DNA of 64,000 nucleotides from an uncultured Verrucomicrobiae bacterium (GTDB lineage Bacteria; Chlamydiota; Chlamydiia; Chlamydiales; Rhabdochlamydiaceae): NCBI GenBank assembly GCA_963806855.1, contig CAWDYW010000001.1, positions 736,001 to 800,000 of the forward strand, read 5' to 3'. Shown piece by piece: positions 18,472 to 30,394 of this stretch (position 1 is its first letter; each line of letters starts with the position of its first letter). The notes under the pieces were generated by a model. It saw only the letters and a program-made list of their open reading frames with translations, ran no database searches and was not told where the DNA came from. The position numbers and the translations under genes were made by a program.

Positions 18472-21400
18472 TTAGACTTCTTTTCTGTGTTCTTCAGCTT
18501 CGAGCCGAACGAAAAGTTTGTACAATGAGCTGACTGGGTAGTGTTGCTGGCTGTAGCCTTTATTTGTGAGGATTCTTCGCTCAAAAAGTTGCTGCATGGG
18601 TTCATATCCGTACTCACGGATCCACCGCTCCAGGCGGGGGAGTTCTTCGGGTGTGTAGTGGATTCTGCCGTCGAAGAACTTCGCCTGGACTCTCAGTCTG
18701 ATGAACTGATCGTTTTGCTCTAGCGCGGTCAAATCAACTGGCTCGGGACTTTGAGTCACTACTCCAGAACCGAGGTTGACGAGGGCGATCTTGAGGTCGC
18801 CGGCTGGTTGTTTGGGCAGCTCATTTTGGAGCTGTGTTGCCGTATCCTGGCCGACGAGAGCGAGTCTGACTGTGCGACCGTCATCGATCACGGCGATATT
18901 GCTGGCGTAATCCTGGTAGGCATTCCAGGGGGTGTAGGGGGGCTGCTTTTCGCTCGTCCGTTTATAGAGTGGGGCCAAGTTGAGGTCGATCAGGAGGCCA
19001 TCGTCAAAAGGGCTGTTTTCGACGATGTCGGCGATTTTGAGCATTTGGTTAGGAGGCATAGCTTTCTCAGTTATTGTATTTAAAGCTACAGGCTGCCAGG
19101 TCTTCGCTTGGAGCAGTTCGTTCTCGGGCAATTTAAGGACAGGAAGCGACTCATCGAAGAGGGGAGATTGAACTTCGGTCTGCATCTCTTTTTGCTGCTG
19201 TTTTTGCTGCTCTTGTTGGCGGTTTGCTTCCAGCATTTTTTGTGTTTGGGTTTCGATCTGCACTTCGCGGTTGTTTCGATCCCCGATGGGGGTTTGTAGG
19301 GTAGGGGGCATTTTTTCGTAAAAGGTGTCAGCGATAGCGTATAGCTCTTGCTTCAGTGTTTCTACGGAGTACTTGGCTGTCAGCAGTGGATGGATTGAAA
19401 AGGCCTGAAAGGGCTCGCTATCAATCAGCTGCTTAATATTCTCTCGGACAACGATTTCTGCAGGTGCCTCTGTTGGTGTTTTGCCAAGAAGATCCCATGG
19501 GTTGTCCGGCTCTTCGACGACGAAGAGTTTCGCTGTAGCTTGGAAAAGGGTACGGAGGTCCTTGCCTTTGGCCCCAGATATTGCACCAAAGACTTTGTCG
19601 ATGAGGTGGGCTCGCAGCGATTCGCTAAGGGCGCGGGGGATGTCAGTACGCAATCGTTCTTTCTCGAGAGAAACAGCATAAACAAAGAAGTGTTCGAGTT
19701 GGAGCTCATCCCCGATGTCGATGTCAAAATCTCTCTTAAGCGTGGCTCCGATTACCTGTTTATCTTCTTCGCTCACCACAAAGCGCACTTTTTGACCTGA
19801 AGCCAGACCGCGCAACCGCCAGACCGCTTGCAGTCCATCGCGCATCAGGGTTTGTCTTCCTATCGAGACGATTGCCTCTTCAAGGGGGTGAAGCTTCCAG
19901 TCTACCCCTGTGCAGTACTTTTGCGCCCAGTATCCAGCTACATCATCGCGACCCATTCCCGCAGTAGCGAGGGGGACAGGGGTCTCGGCTCCGCGGCGCA
20001 GGACCATTTCCCGCCCCTCTTCATCGTGGAACATGATCCCTTTGTAGCGGGTCGCCTCAAACTGTGGCAGCGAGATGATCGCTTTGGCAACATCGATGTT
20101 GGCGTCGTAGCGGAAGACTCCGGCGAGATCTGCGAATGATCCCGGTTCTTCATAGAGGCTGGCGATCCGCTCATTGAGGGGGGCCCCTTTTGGGGGTGTT
20201 GCAAGGGTCCGAATGATCTGGGGACTATTTTCCCAGAGCAGGGCAAGGGTCCGGGGCTGGGTGTCGGAGGGGATGAACTTGTGGAATAGCTGCGGGAATG
20301 TCTCCCTGTTCCATACTGTTCCGCTATAGGCTTTGACGGTCTTAAACAAATAGGCAACCATCTGGGCCGATAGGCCGAGCTGTTTCGCATAGCGCTTTAC
20401 CTGTGGCAGAACATGCCGCTCGATTAGCTCAAGCTTAAGCTCGGGGTGCTCGTTAATATGTTTTGCCATCTTTTCCCGCTCGCCGGGGCTAGAGTTTCCT
20501 TGAGCTTATAAGAATGGTCGTTTCCATTAAGTCGATAGAAGGTCTTGTATGACTCTAGATCTTCGATGGAGCCGACAAACCCTTCCTTTTCTTTATCTAG
20601 AATGTCTTTGAGAGCTGCTGTCTCTCTATCGATAATCTCGTGGCTGATCGGCTGGGCTAGATGCATGATGAGGGTGTAATCGAGAATCTCTGTCACGGTG
20701 CCGTGTAGAGCCCGCTTAGCCGGATTGTCGCTGCCATGATAGGGAATCGCGATGAAGTCCATGTCGGGCTGATCAGAGCGCCACTCAGTGGGCAACGGGC
20801 CGAAGTTCTCTCCCAGAATTTTGTTCATCACTAAGGGAAATAGGGAAGAGAGTTGTTCTTTGAAGCTGGCGAGGAGGTTTCGGATTCTAGGATTGTGGAT
20901 TTCTGCGACGAAGGCGTATGAGGGGTCGATGCGCCCTTGGCGATAATCTTCAACGGCAGCTCTTTCTTTCTGTGACAGACTCGCTAGCAAGGCGTCGGCT
21001 GGTTGTCCATCGACGACGTAGGCGGCAAGGGTTTTTCGCTCGCCGGACTTAAGTCTACTGAAGAGTGTGATCAAGGCTTCTGGACGTGGGGGTTTCGCAT
21101 TAAGATAGGCACTCACCAGAGAGCGACCGGTCTCGTCCAGACCGGCCAAAAAGTTTTGTAGCGCCCGATCGTCGGTGCACACTTTGCCGGCGACGACAGC
21201 ATCGATGAGCGCCTGTTTGGCATGCTGCTGGTAGTTGTCCTCTGAAAAGGGGATGGGGCTTTTGCTGTCGGTAAAAGGCCAGCGGATCAGGTCGCGGAGC
21301 GATGGGTTGGTGGCGATCACGTGGAAGAGCGATAGTGAGGCCCTCTCGAGGTCCTTGTGCATCCGCTCGCGATCGCCCAGTGTGAAGAGGTGGGCCCGCA

Positions 21401-24400
21401 GGACATCGAGCAGGAGGTCGACCTCGTCTAGGTTGGCAGCACCTGAAGTGCGTAAGATATCGACGATTTTGCCCATCAGTTCCAGCTGCTCGTCGGTGAT
21501 GGTGTTTCCCTGCAGGCACATTTCGGCAAAGCGCAGCGCGAGGCTTAAGATGCTGCCGCTGCTGATGATCATCACTCTGCGCTCGGTGATGATGGCCTCT
21601 AATCTTTCGAGCATGTGGCGTAGTGCCGGGGCGGAGACGTCGCTATCTCGTCCGAATTTGACCACTTCGACAGCGCGGCGGAAACCTGTTCCAAGCAGTC
21701 GCTCCAGTGTTGCTGACATTGAAGGGAGTAGCACTTCTGGCATCGATACAGCGACCAGCTTCTCTCCATCTGCCGCTTGGATGGCCTGCAGGACGCTGAC
21801 CACCGCAGTTTTACCAAATCCCATGATCGCCTCAAGCAGCACGCCAGTCAGGTGGTCGGTATGGGCACGAAACTCCGTTTCTGGCAGAGCTACTAGCACG
21901 GCCACCTGGTCTTCGCGCAGCCTGAAGGCAGGATCTGCTTTGCTCATGAAATAATCATAGACCAGGTATTCAGGTTTTAATTCGCTGGCGTAGGAGGGAT
22001 GGTAGCGATGGGCTGCTTCGAGCAACTTGCCGATACGGCTGATTTCCATCGGAGGATCGCCTCGCAAGGCGGCCGCATTGAGCGTATCGACCAGTTGCTT
22101 TTGAAATGCCGCCATCCTCTGCAGCCGGCCGATTTTGAGCGCCTCGACTGTCATGTCAAGGAGACGGTGGATTTCATCGGCAGACAGTTGCGGAAGGCGT
22201 CGATGGATCTCTTCTAAATCACGAGTCAGAAGAAGTGAAGTCGCCTCATCGAAGTCGATCGGTTCGAGTGTCTTGCCTCCTAGCTCTTGACGAAGGCGGG
22301 CCCGCAAGAGCGGATCTTCTGGCTCTTTGTTGGCAAGTTCGACGACCCGAACTTGCGCCTGTTCTAGGTCAAACTGTAGAAGTTGAGCAGTATCTTTTAG
22401 TTCTTTACTCCATGACTCTAGCCCTTCTCTCTTTTTGACGGCGAATAGGGTTTCATCCTCGAGGCGCTCCCGAAATGTCCGCACCTCTTGCCTGACCGAC
22501 GCAAATGCACCCTTGCGGTAGGGATCTTGAGTCGTGACTTCGAAGACTTTCTCGAGACGCTGGAGCTCCTGATCGCGGTTTTCTTTATCGGCAGCCAGCA
22601 TTGGACGCGTCTCGATGACATCGGCAAAATTGGGGAGCAACGGCTGACGCAGCTCGACCACTTCAGGCTTTAGCCGTGTGCAGAGCTCAAAGCCCGCATC
22701 ACCAAAGCTGGTCGGTTGGCTCTCTTCGGCAAGAAGGGGCTGCGGGATCGACGCCCGTCCAATCTTTCGCACCTCCTTGCTTTCATCCGGAGATCGGTAA
22801 GGAAGGTCATGCCAAGGATTGATCTTGGTGCCAATATACTTGCGGCCAGAACTAGGCCACGCTGCCGGCTCTAGGAGAACAGAAAGGAGCAATGTCCAGA
22901 GAACTCGGGGGTGGAACTCGTTTGTCCGTACACGATGGGTGCGCAAAGCGGCGATCGCCTCGGCTCTGGCATCTTGCAAGGGCTCGACTCCTGTGAGATA
23001 GATAACTAAATCGCGCAGTCTCTCTGGCGTCGGATAGCGGACCTGCAGGTAGAGGTTGAAAAAATCGAGTGTCACATCGACCCAATCGAGGAATTTATCC
23101 CCCTTTTGCTGTAGCGGCAAATCCCGTACCGTTTCCCCTTCAATAACGACGTCCTTTAGATCCCCACGACGTTTGTACTCTGGGAAGTGATCTTCTCGAA
23201 CCTTTAGGTAATCCCTAGAATACTCTTTCACTTCTCCAATGCCTCCTTGAAGTGATGAATATTCGTCCCCCCATTTAACCATAACTGTGCGATACCAGCC
23301 GCCGCCAGAGTAGGCGGCTCCTTCTGGACGTTGCGAAAGTCTTTTCTCGAGATGGGATGTTTCATAGCTGAGGTTGTGATAGTACATTAATTCATCGCCG
23401 CGCATGTCTCGCGTTTGGACAGACTCGCGCAGCTGCTCGGCATAGGCAGTGAGCAGGCTCATTTTTTCTGGTGTGAGAGTATAGATCCCCATCTGATCGG
23501 CAACTTGTAGATAAGCTAGAAAATCCTTGGCGAACTGGACTTGGCTCCACTGTCTCTCCCATGGGTTGGGAATGTCGATGTCGCCGACCTGCCTGCGAGT
23601 GCCAAAATGCCATGCATCGCGGATCAAGAGATAGTGGGCCTCCATCGCTGCTGCGAGCGAAGGGGGGAGAAATCCTTTGTTTTTTCAGGCATCTTAGTGA
23701 GAGTGATGATGAGCTGCACTTGTTCTTTATCGAGTTTGCCAATTTCAATACCTGGTGCATGCATAAGCCCGATTGCTTGGTTATAATCGCGTTGATGCAG
23801 GTAATAGGATGCAAGGTGAAGAGCACCTGCGGCGTTGAGGGGGATCGGCTCGCCGCTCTCTTCGTCGACTCTGTAACGATAGACAGCCGTATGGGTCCCA
23901 AGGTCTCCTACTGTATCTGTTTCTAAGGTCGGTGCGAGAGGTTTTCCATGCGTTAGCTGCCAACCGGGGATAATGACCTGCTTTTCCACAGTTCCATCAG
24001 GCAGATCCTTGTAGAGGAGCATGCTATTTTTGATCTTTCCAAGTGCAGGGATGAATTGCTGACGACTCCCTGCGGTATCGACGGGTACATACCATCCAGG
24101 AAATCGGGGACAATAGGCACGGCGCTCTCCGTTTACCGTGTAGACGTTAAACTCTAATCCAAGCCGCGGCATGGTGATCTTTTCAATCTGCCCCGAGTCG
24201 CTATGGACCCATGTGGCAATGTAAGTTGGGTTATCTAAAAGCGCAAAGGACTGTGGGGCCTGACCTAGAACGAGCCCCGTGTCAGCTCCTGATTCATCCA
24301 GCTCATGGACCTCCTGAACTTTTTCAGCAGGGATATCTAAACGATAGAGAGGAGCAAGGTTCTGCTTGTCGGTTACTAAAGCTGCGTGCGTCACATCGGT

Positions 24401-27400
24401 GTCGAGCCACAATGTCCCCGATTCCTTGACAAGATTTATGCCGGTAGCATTGCCGGCAGAGGTCCCATATCCCCAAGGTCGGTACTGAAGAAAAGTTTCC
24501 CCTCGTTGCCAGTGCACCTCTTTGATCCAGAAGTTGTCGTCGCAGAGAATAAACAGTTCTCCTTGTGGGGCGCTGCACCGAAACTGGCCGGGAACACCTT
24601 CTGACCAGAGCAGGCCATGGACCGACGTCAACGATTCGATCGGTTCCTGCCGCAATATGTATAGGGTAGAGCGCGCGGAAGACCATTTCGAAACCAAACG
24701 TGTCCACTCAGCAGATTGACCTCGACCTCGCCCGCCTCATCGACAAACAGATGGGCGCTGTCTTTGCTTCTGTGGAAGGGTCGCTCCGTGAAGCCAGGTA
24801 TAACGCGGCCAATCGCCCGAGAAAGCACGTGATCATCCTTGTCTGGAAGAGCTTGATGCAATAGGCCTGCCAAGCTTTTAGGAAGATTGCTGAATCGCTC
24901 CTGTTGCTCGACACTCCATAAGGGATTCCGCGTGGTTAAGGGATGCATATCAAAAAGCAAAAGCCCCATGATGATATCGTCGATTTCTTCCGGCTCCAAA
25001 CTTTTCTCTTCGGCATAGGACATTGCCAAATCGGCTGCAAATCGAGAGCGCTGTTCTGTCGAGATGTCTTGGGCTATTAGCTGCCGCCACCGAGCACGTG
25101 CATCGAGAAAACCTGTATCTGAACCAATAATCTCGGCTGCAACTCGGGAAATCGTGTCGTAGAGCTTCAGCACCTCGGCTGCATTTGCGAATTCTCCTAG
25201 TGCATCTTTAAGCCGGTAGTGCTCATCGAACATCGTCGACAGAGTCCTGAGGGTTGCCTCGGCGGCTGCAGGGTTGCTACGGAGATGATTCTCGAGCAAT
25301 CCTGGCTCGAGCAAAAGTTTGCCCAGTAGTTGGCGGGTGTCAGGGCGATCGAGCAGCTCACGGTTTTCGTTGAAAAGGGCCAGCGTTTCGGCAATTTGCA
25401 GGCTCTTCACCGAGCTGCATCCTTCCAGCCGCCTGGCTAACTGCGCTGGAATCTTGAGCTTGGCTACCTCTTCGCGATAGAGCACCCTCTCGGTAGGGGG
25501 AATGCGCTTACGTAACTGGCCCATCAGCTTGGATCCACCTCTCTCAATGTAGAGCGCTTGCCGATCCTCTTCAACTTGTGGCAAAGTTCCCCTTTGAACA
25601 CCGCTCAGATCGCTTGGCATGGATTGAATCGAGACGTCCTTGATTAAAGGGAAGTGCCAGCGACTTTTATATTTGAACTCCAATCGAGGCGGAGTCCTTT
25701 CCTTTTCATTGGCTGGTAGATCGGACACGACGAGCTTAGGGCGAGCTCCATCGAAAAAATGGTCGGGAGGAGATCTGAGAAGGTTATCATCTTTATAACC
25801 TGCATTCAGCATTCCCAAATCTTTGCTAAGCTCATGAAGAATGGAAAATCCTTTAGGGAGATAGAGGTTTGGGTTAGCAAGAAGATGGCATGTCTGATAT
25901 CTCGTACTTCTCCCAGCAAATGCTTCCCTTGGCCGATTAGGGTTTTGCTCAATCCATTCGCCGACCCATTGAAATGCTCGCCAAGGAGAATTTAGCCTAT
26001 CTCCCCGATCGTGACCCATATTGGGGGTCCAGCTTCCTTCGTCGTAGCTCGGTTCGGCTCCATATTCAATCCCTTGCCAATCCATTCCAGGAACGAAGTT
26101 TTCGGTAAAGAAAAAGGAAGGGCCTGCGGGATCTTCATCTTTGCGCCGCTGTAGCCAATAATTTTGTAGTTGAACAAACTGCCTTTGCCATGAAGTGCTG
26201 GTCAATTCAGAGTTTGGCATGCTGTTTTGCAGAAAGAGCCGATGTGCCGGCAGCAGTAGGTGGTCGAGTGTTACCCGTTCTTCGGGTGGAAGCTGCTGCA
26301 CAAGAATATCAGCCAGAGTCAATACCTTGAGTAGCGCCATCGTGTCGACGCTTCTCATCGCCCCAGATCCAGGCGCCAGAACCCCCTGAGTGAAAAGCCA
26401 GTTTTCATTAACCAAGACATCGAGTAAGCGATCAGCATCCTCAGGACTGATCTCTGACCAAAAAGGAATCGGTTCTGAGGGATCAGCTGGAAGGTCGAGC
26501 GGCAACCTGTCGATTAACTCAGATAAGAAGATTTTGGACTCTCCGAGCCGCATCCGTTTGTCATCTTCGGTCCCGACAATGCGGCCGCCGATGTCGGCAA
26601 CGACAGAGCTGATATGCTGGGCGATAGATGCGGGGGAGGGAATATAGCCTCGGATCGTCAAAATGAGCTGATCGACATCCGATTCCGCTACTTTGGACCG
26701 CTGTCCAAATTTCATCGGAGCGGGCAACTTGGGGGCAGTATAGAAATCTAAGTCTCTTCCCATCACCTTGGCCGGCACACTCATATTCACTTGTGGTCTT
26801 ATGGCTCGCTGTGATTCCATGTCTGCTCTATCGGCAGCGTTGATCGAGCGTTGGACCTGATCGAGAAGATCTTGAATATAGAGCCGTTCTGCGTCGGAGA
26901 ACACCATGGCCGATGCGCCGGTGATGTCATGGGAAATCTGCTGGAGTCCCATTCTGAGAAGCTCTCTGCTCTCCTTCTGCTCGACAAGCTTATCGCGGAA
27001 CGTCCCATACATGTGCTGGAGCGCTTTTACCCTAGTCAGCATCGTAAATCGATCGTAACGGCCAGTGTGATGCAGATGCTGGTGATAGATCGCCTCCAAA
27101 CTTGTCCGGGTACAGTGACCAACTGACAGCAGCCTTTGAGTTTGATCATCCGAGTAAGCGCTGGTGCTATGCCACCCCTCCAACATCGGCATGATCTTCT
27201 CATACATCTCTTGCGGCCCGACCTTATCGCCATACTCTCCTCGTTCAAGAGCTGCCAAAGAGCCGAGAAATGCAGGACACGCAATCATTTCCGGATCGAC
27301 ATTTTTCCATTCGAGAAATGTAAGATAAGCAGCAGGGCCCTTTTCGGCCTTGGCATGCCTTTCAAGCCCTTCACCTTGGTTGTATACCCTGACGGCATAG

Positions 27401-29814
27401 GTCTTCCCTTCATTGATAAACTCCACAGCGACGCTATGACCACCTGCAGGAGTTTGCCAGCCTGTGTGCAGAAAAAAACTGTCACCTTCGCGCATTCCAT
27501 CTAATTGCGCCTTAACTTCCCGGTGAAAAGTGTCTAGATCGCCGCGCATCAGCCTCGTCATGCGGACAGCGGTGCGCAAAGAGTCGCGCAGGCCCCTAAA
27601 TACCTTGAGTTCAGGGTCATCGATAGGCGCCCGATCGGAAAAGATCGCATGGCATAGCTCGCTCTTGTCTTGGGGCGAACAGAGGGGATTAGCCTCCATC
27701 GCATCGACCCACTGCTCAGCGAGCATCAGGTTATAGTCTAACATTTCCGCCGGGGTGTATCCCTCAAAGCCTGTTCCTTTGCCTGAAAATGGGAGGACAA
27801 GATGCTGAAATAGGCTGTCGTCCATCGGCAGACGAGGCTCACGTGCCAAAAAGCCTTTCAGCTGCACCAATTGCTGGTTCAGCTGCTGCGAGGTGACGAA
27901 GCGCTCCCGCAGAGCCCCCACCTCCCTTTCTGCCCGTACTAAGTCAGCGGCAATTTGCTCAAGCCTTCCGACATCCTTAACCGCGATGGCTTCCTTAATG
28001 GCAGAATCAACATTCGGCACCTCTATGTCGACCTTCATGCCTAATTTGTCCGCGGCCTCAATCAGTTTGATTGCCTCGCTACTTATCTCACCTACTTTTT
28101 GGTTCAGTTCCGTGACCTGCTGAGCCAATCGGGCCTCTAAATGGGAGGTGGTCTCATAGCCAATGGCATAGAGGACCTTGGAAAAGACCCTCGAAACACT
28201 ATTCACTAGGCTACTTTCCGGGGGCTGAACCGGTAACCCAGGGTGCATATATAGACGAACTTGGGAATCGACGTACTCCGTCATGACATCTTTAGGCTCG
28301 CCAAAAGCCTTACCTTCACGATAGGGTACAAGTGCTTCACGACCAGCAGGACTCAACTTTTTGATTAGGCTCTGGTAAACCCTCTCATCCAGCGCGACGA
28401 GCCTCTCGCCTCCACGATCAGAAAGCACACTCCCAATGATTTCCATATCACGTTGGATTCTATCTTTTTCCTCCACAGGGATGGCGTCGATCATCTTCTG
28501 ATGCAACCGTTGTCCCAGATTTTCTATCTGCTGCCCTTCTCTCCAGAGCTGAGTGGCTCCTCGGACTCCGCTTAGCGCTTCAAGACCCAGTAGCCCAATG
28601 TTGATCCACCACTTACGCGACTCACTCGTTTCGGGTATAGGAGCGATGCGGCGCTGATGGAGAGCCAAACGGGCCTTGAGCTGGGCGGACAGAGGAGGGA
28701 GAGCACGAAATTGTTCTCGGATCTCTTCTGGTGACCTATTTTCGCCCGTTTCATGACCGACGACTGATTCAGCTTCATCGAGGCTGCGCCCAGGATGTTT
28801 GAGAGCCTTTTGAACGTTCCTATATTGCTCATCGACAAAAGCGATCAAATCTAAAAGGCGATCTACACTCTCAATTTTTCCGGGGGCGTCTCGCAGTGCA
28901 AAAGCCCCGCGCCCCAGCTCAACAGCGGCCTTCACTAGACAGTCTTCCACCTGTTTCCAGTAGGCATAGGCTAGCCGCATCCCTTCGATATCGTTTTCCA
29001 GCAGTGCTGCATCGAAGCGCATGCGGGCCTCGTTAAGCTCAGCTCCAAGCTGCTGACAAAGCTGCTCGTAAAAGTCGCTTGCGCTATTTTCCAGCATCTT
29101 GATGTCGGCACGCAGAATCTTATCAATATCCTCAGCAAAATAGGGCTGCTGCTTTAGAAAATTAGCGTACCGGTTCATGACAGCTGGCAGCTTGCCAAGT
29201 CCGACTAATATGTCAGCAAAGTGCTCCACCTGCGGTAAGGTACGAGAAGTTTCGAGCTGCTCGCATTGCTCCTCTAAAGCGCCCCAGCTTTTTTCAATCC
29301 CTTCCCACACTTGCGCACACTCCTGACGCAGTTCCATGTAGTCCGAAAGTTGCTCGAGGTGGCCGGTCATTTTATCTATTTGCGGCTTTAAACCAGGCGA
29401 AGGCCGCTCTTTCAGACGTAGATAGATCGCCTCATATAGTCGACGCTGCTCGCCGAGTATTTCCGCATTTTCCTTTAAACTTCCTACGCCAAACCGTACC
29501 CGCGATGCTAGTGCAACGACACACTTATCTAATTCTGCAATGCATCCCTCCAAACTGACTCGCCCCTGGAGATGAGTGCTGAGCATTGCCGTCAAGTAAC
29601 TAGTCCGTTGTCTCCAAAGTTCTGTTTCTAATTGCGCGAGCGCAGCAATTTTGTCCTTTTCTTTGGCAAAGACCGCATTGGCCACATGAATTTCGTTTTC
29701 GATTTGGGCATAAAGCTGTTCAGCGTTATCAAAATCGTTATCGGCAATAGCGTCATTTAAAAGCTGAAATTTTAAGTTTATGTTAAGATAAAAATCGTTA
29801 ATGCTCACATACAT
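18472..29814 (-). CDS. Giant (~3,780 aa) DUF3638-like P-loop protein split by three frameshifts (ORFs 24628..29814, 23624..24697, 20424..23645, 18472..20469)
   Basis: Four overlapping same-strand ORFs in successively shifted frames; Walker A 'MGFGKT' and 'LDEVD' in the third, 'YSGT', 'CTGVD' and 'QAVWRLRG' in the fourth. Confidence 0.8.
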
Positions 29815-29856
29815 GGTTATATATTAGAGCTAAATTAAAAATGACAAATTTTGATG

Positions 29857-30327
29857 TTAACTGTTAATAGTTTTTCGCATGATAAAGTTATGAAATTCCG
29901 CTCCGCGGTGGGTCTTGCGATATTCTTTTACGACCTTAAACCCTTGACGCTCAGCCAACGCCTTGCCCATTATACTTGCATCACAGGTAAGTTCGGATAG
30001 TCCAAGTTCGCGGGCTTCCTCCTCCAATTTTTCAAAGATCTTCCGAGCGGCGCCGCTTCCTTGATAATGTTGATCGGCATAGAGGCGATCGATATAACCC
30101 TCCTTGGTCATATCGCCGAACGCAACGATTTTGCCCTGAGCCTCAGCGACATAGGTGATATTAGTCAGGAGGGATTGGAGCCATTTGCCTTTGTCTTGTG
30201 CTCCTCGAGGCGCCCAAGCTTGCAGCTGGTCGGGGTCGTGATACCTGGCCGCAACCGAATGGACTACATCTTCGAAAAGCTTCAAAACTGCTTCAAGGTC
30301 TGATTCTTGGAATTTTCGAATTATCAT
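29857..30327 (-). CDS. GNAT family N-acetyltransferase (YafP-like)
   Basis: 'QLQAWA', 'GYIDRLY', 'YQGSGAA' and 'ERQGF'. Confidence 0.9.
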   Translation of the reverse strand: MIIRKFQESDLEAVLKLFEDVVHSVAARYHDPDQLQAWAPRGAQDKGKWLQSLLTNITYVAEAQGKIVAFGDMTKEGYIDRLYADQHYQGSGAARKIFEKLEEEARELGLSELTCDASIMGKALAERQGFKVVKEYRKTHRGAEFHNFIMRKTINS

Positions 30328-30394
30328 CCTACAAATTATTCACCTCATGCTAATAGAAGTCGATCAAAAAATCCTAATAATGTATAATTGCCAC

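Noticed and set aside
21235..21954. 239-aa plus-strand ORF and other antisense ORFs within the giant gene
   Set aside because: They are shadow ORFs of a GC-richer coding strand with no motifs.
20424..24697. Programmed ribosomal frameshifting at the giant-gene junctions
   Set aside because: No convincing slippery heptamer with a downstream stimulator is seen at the junctions; homopolymer indels, also seen in cyoB, explain them more simply.
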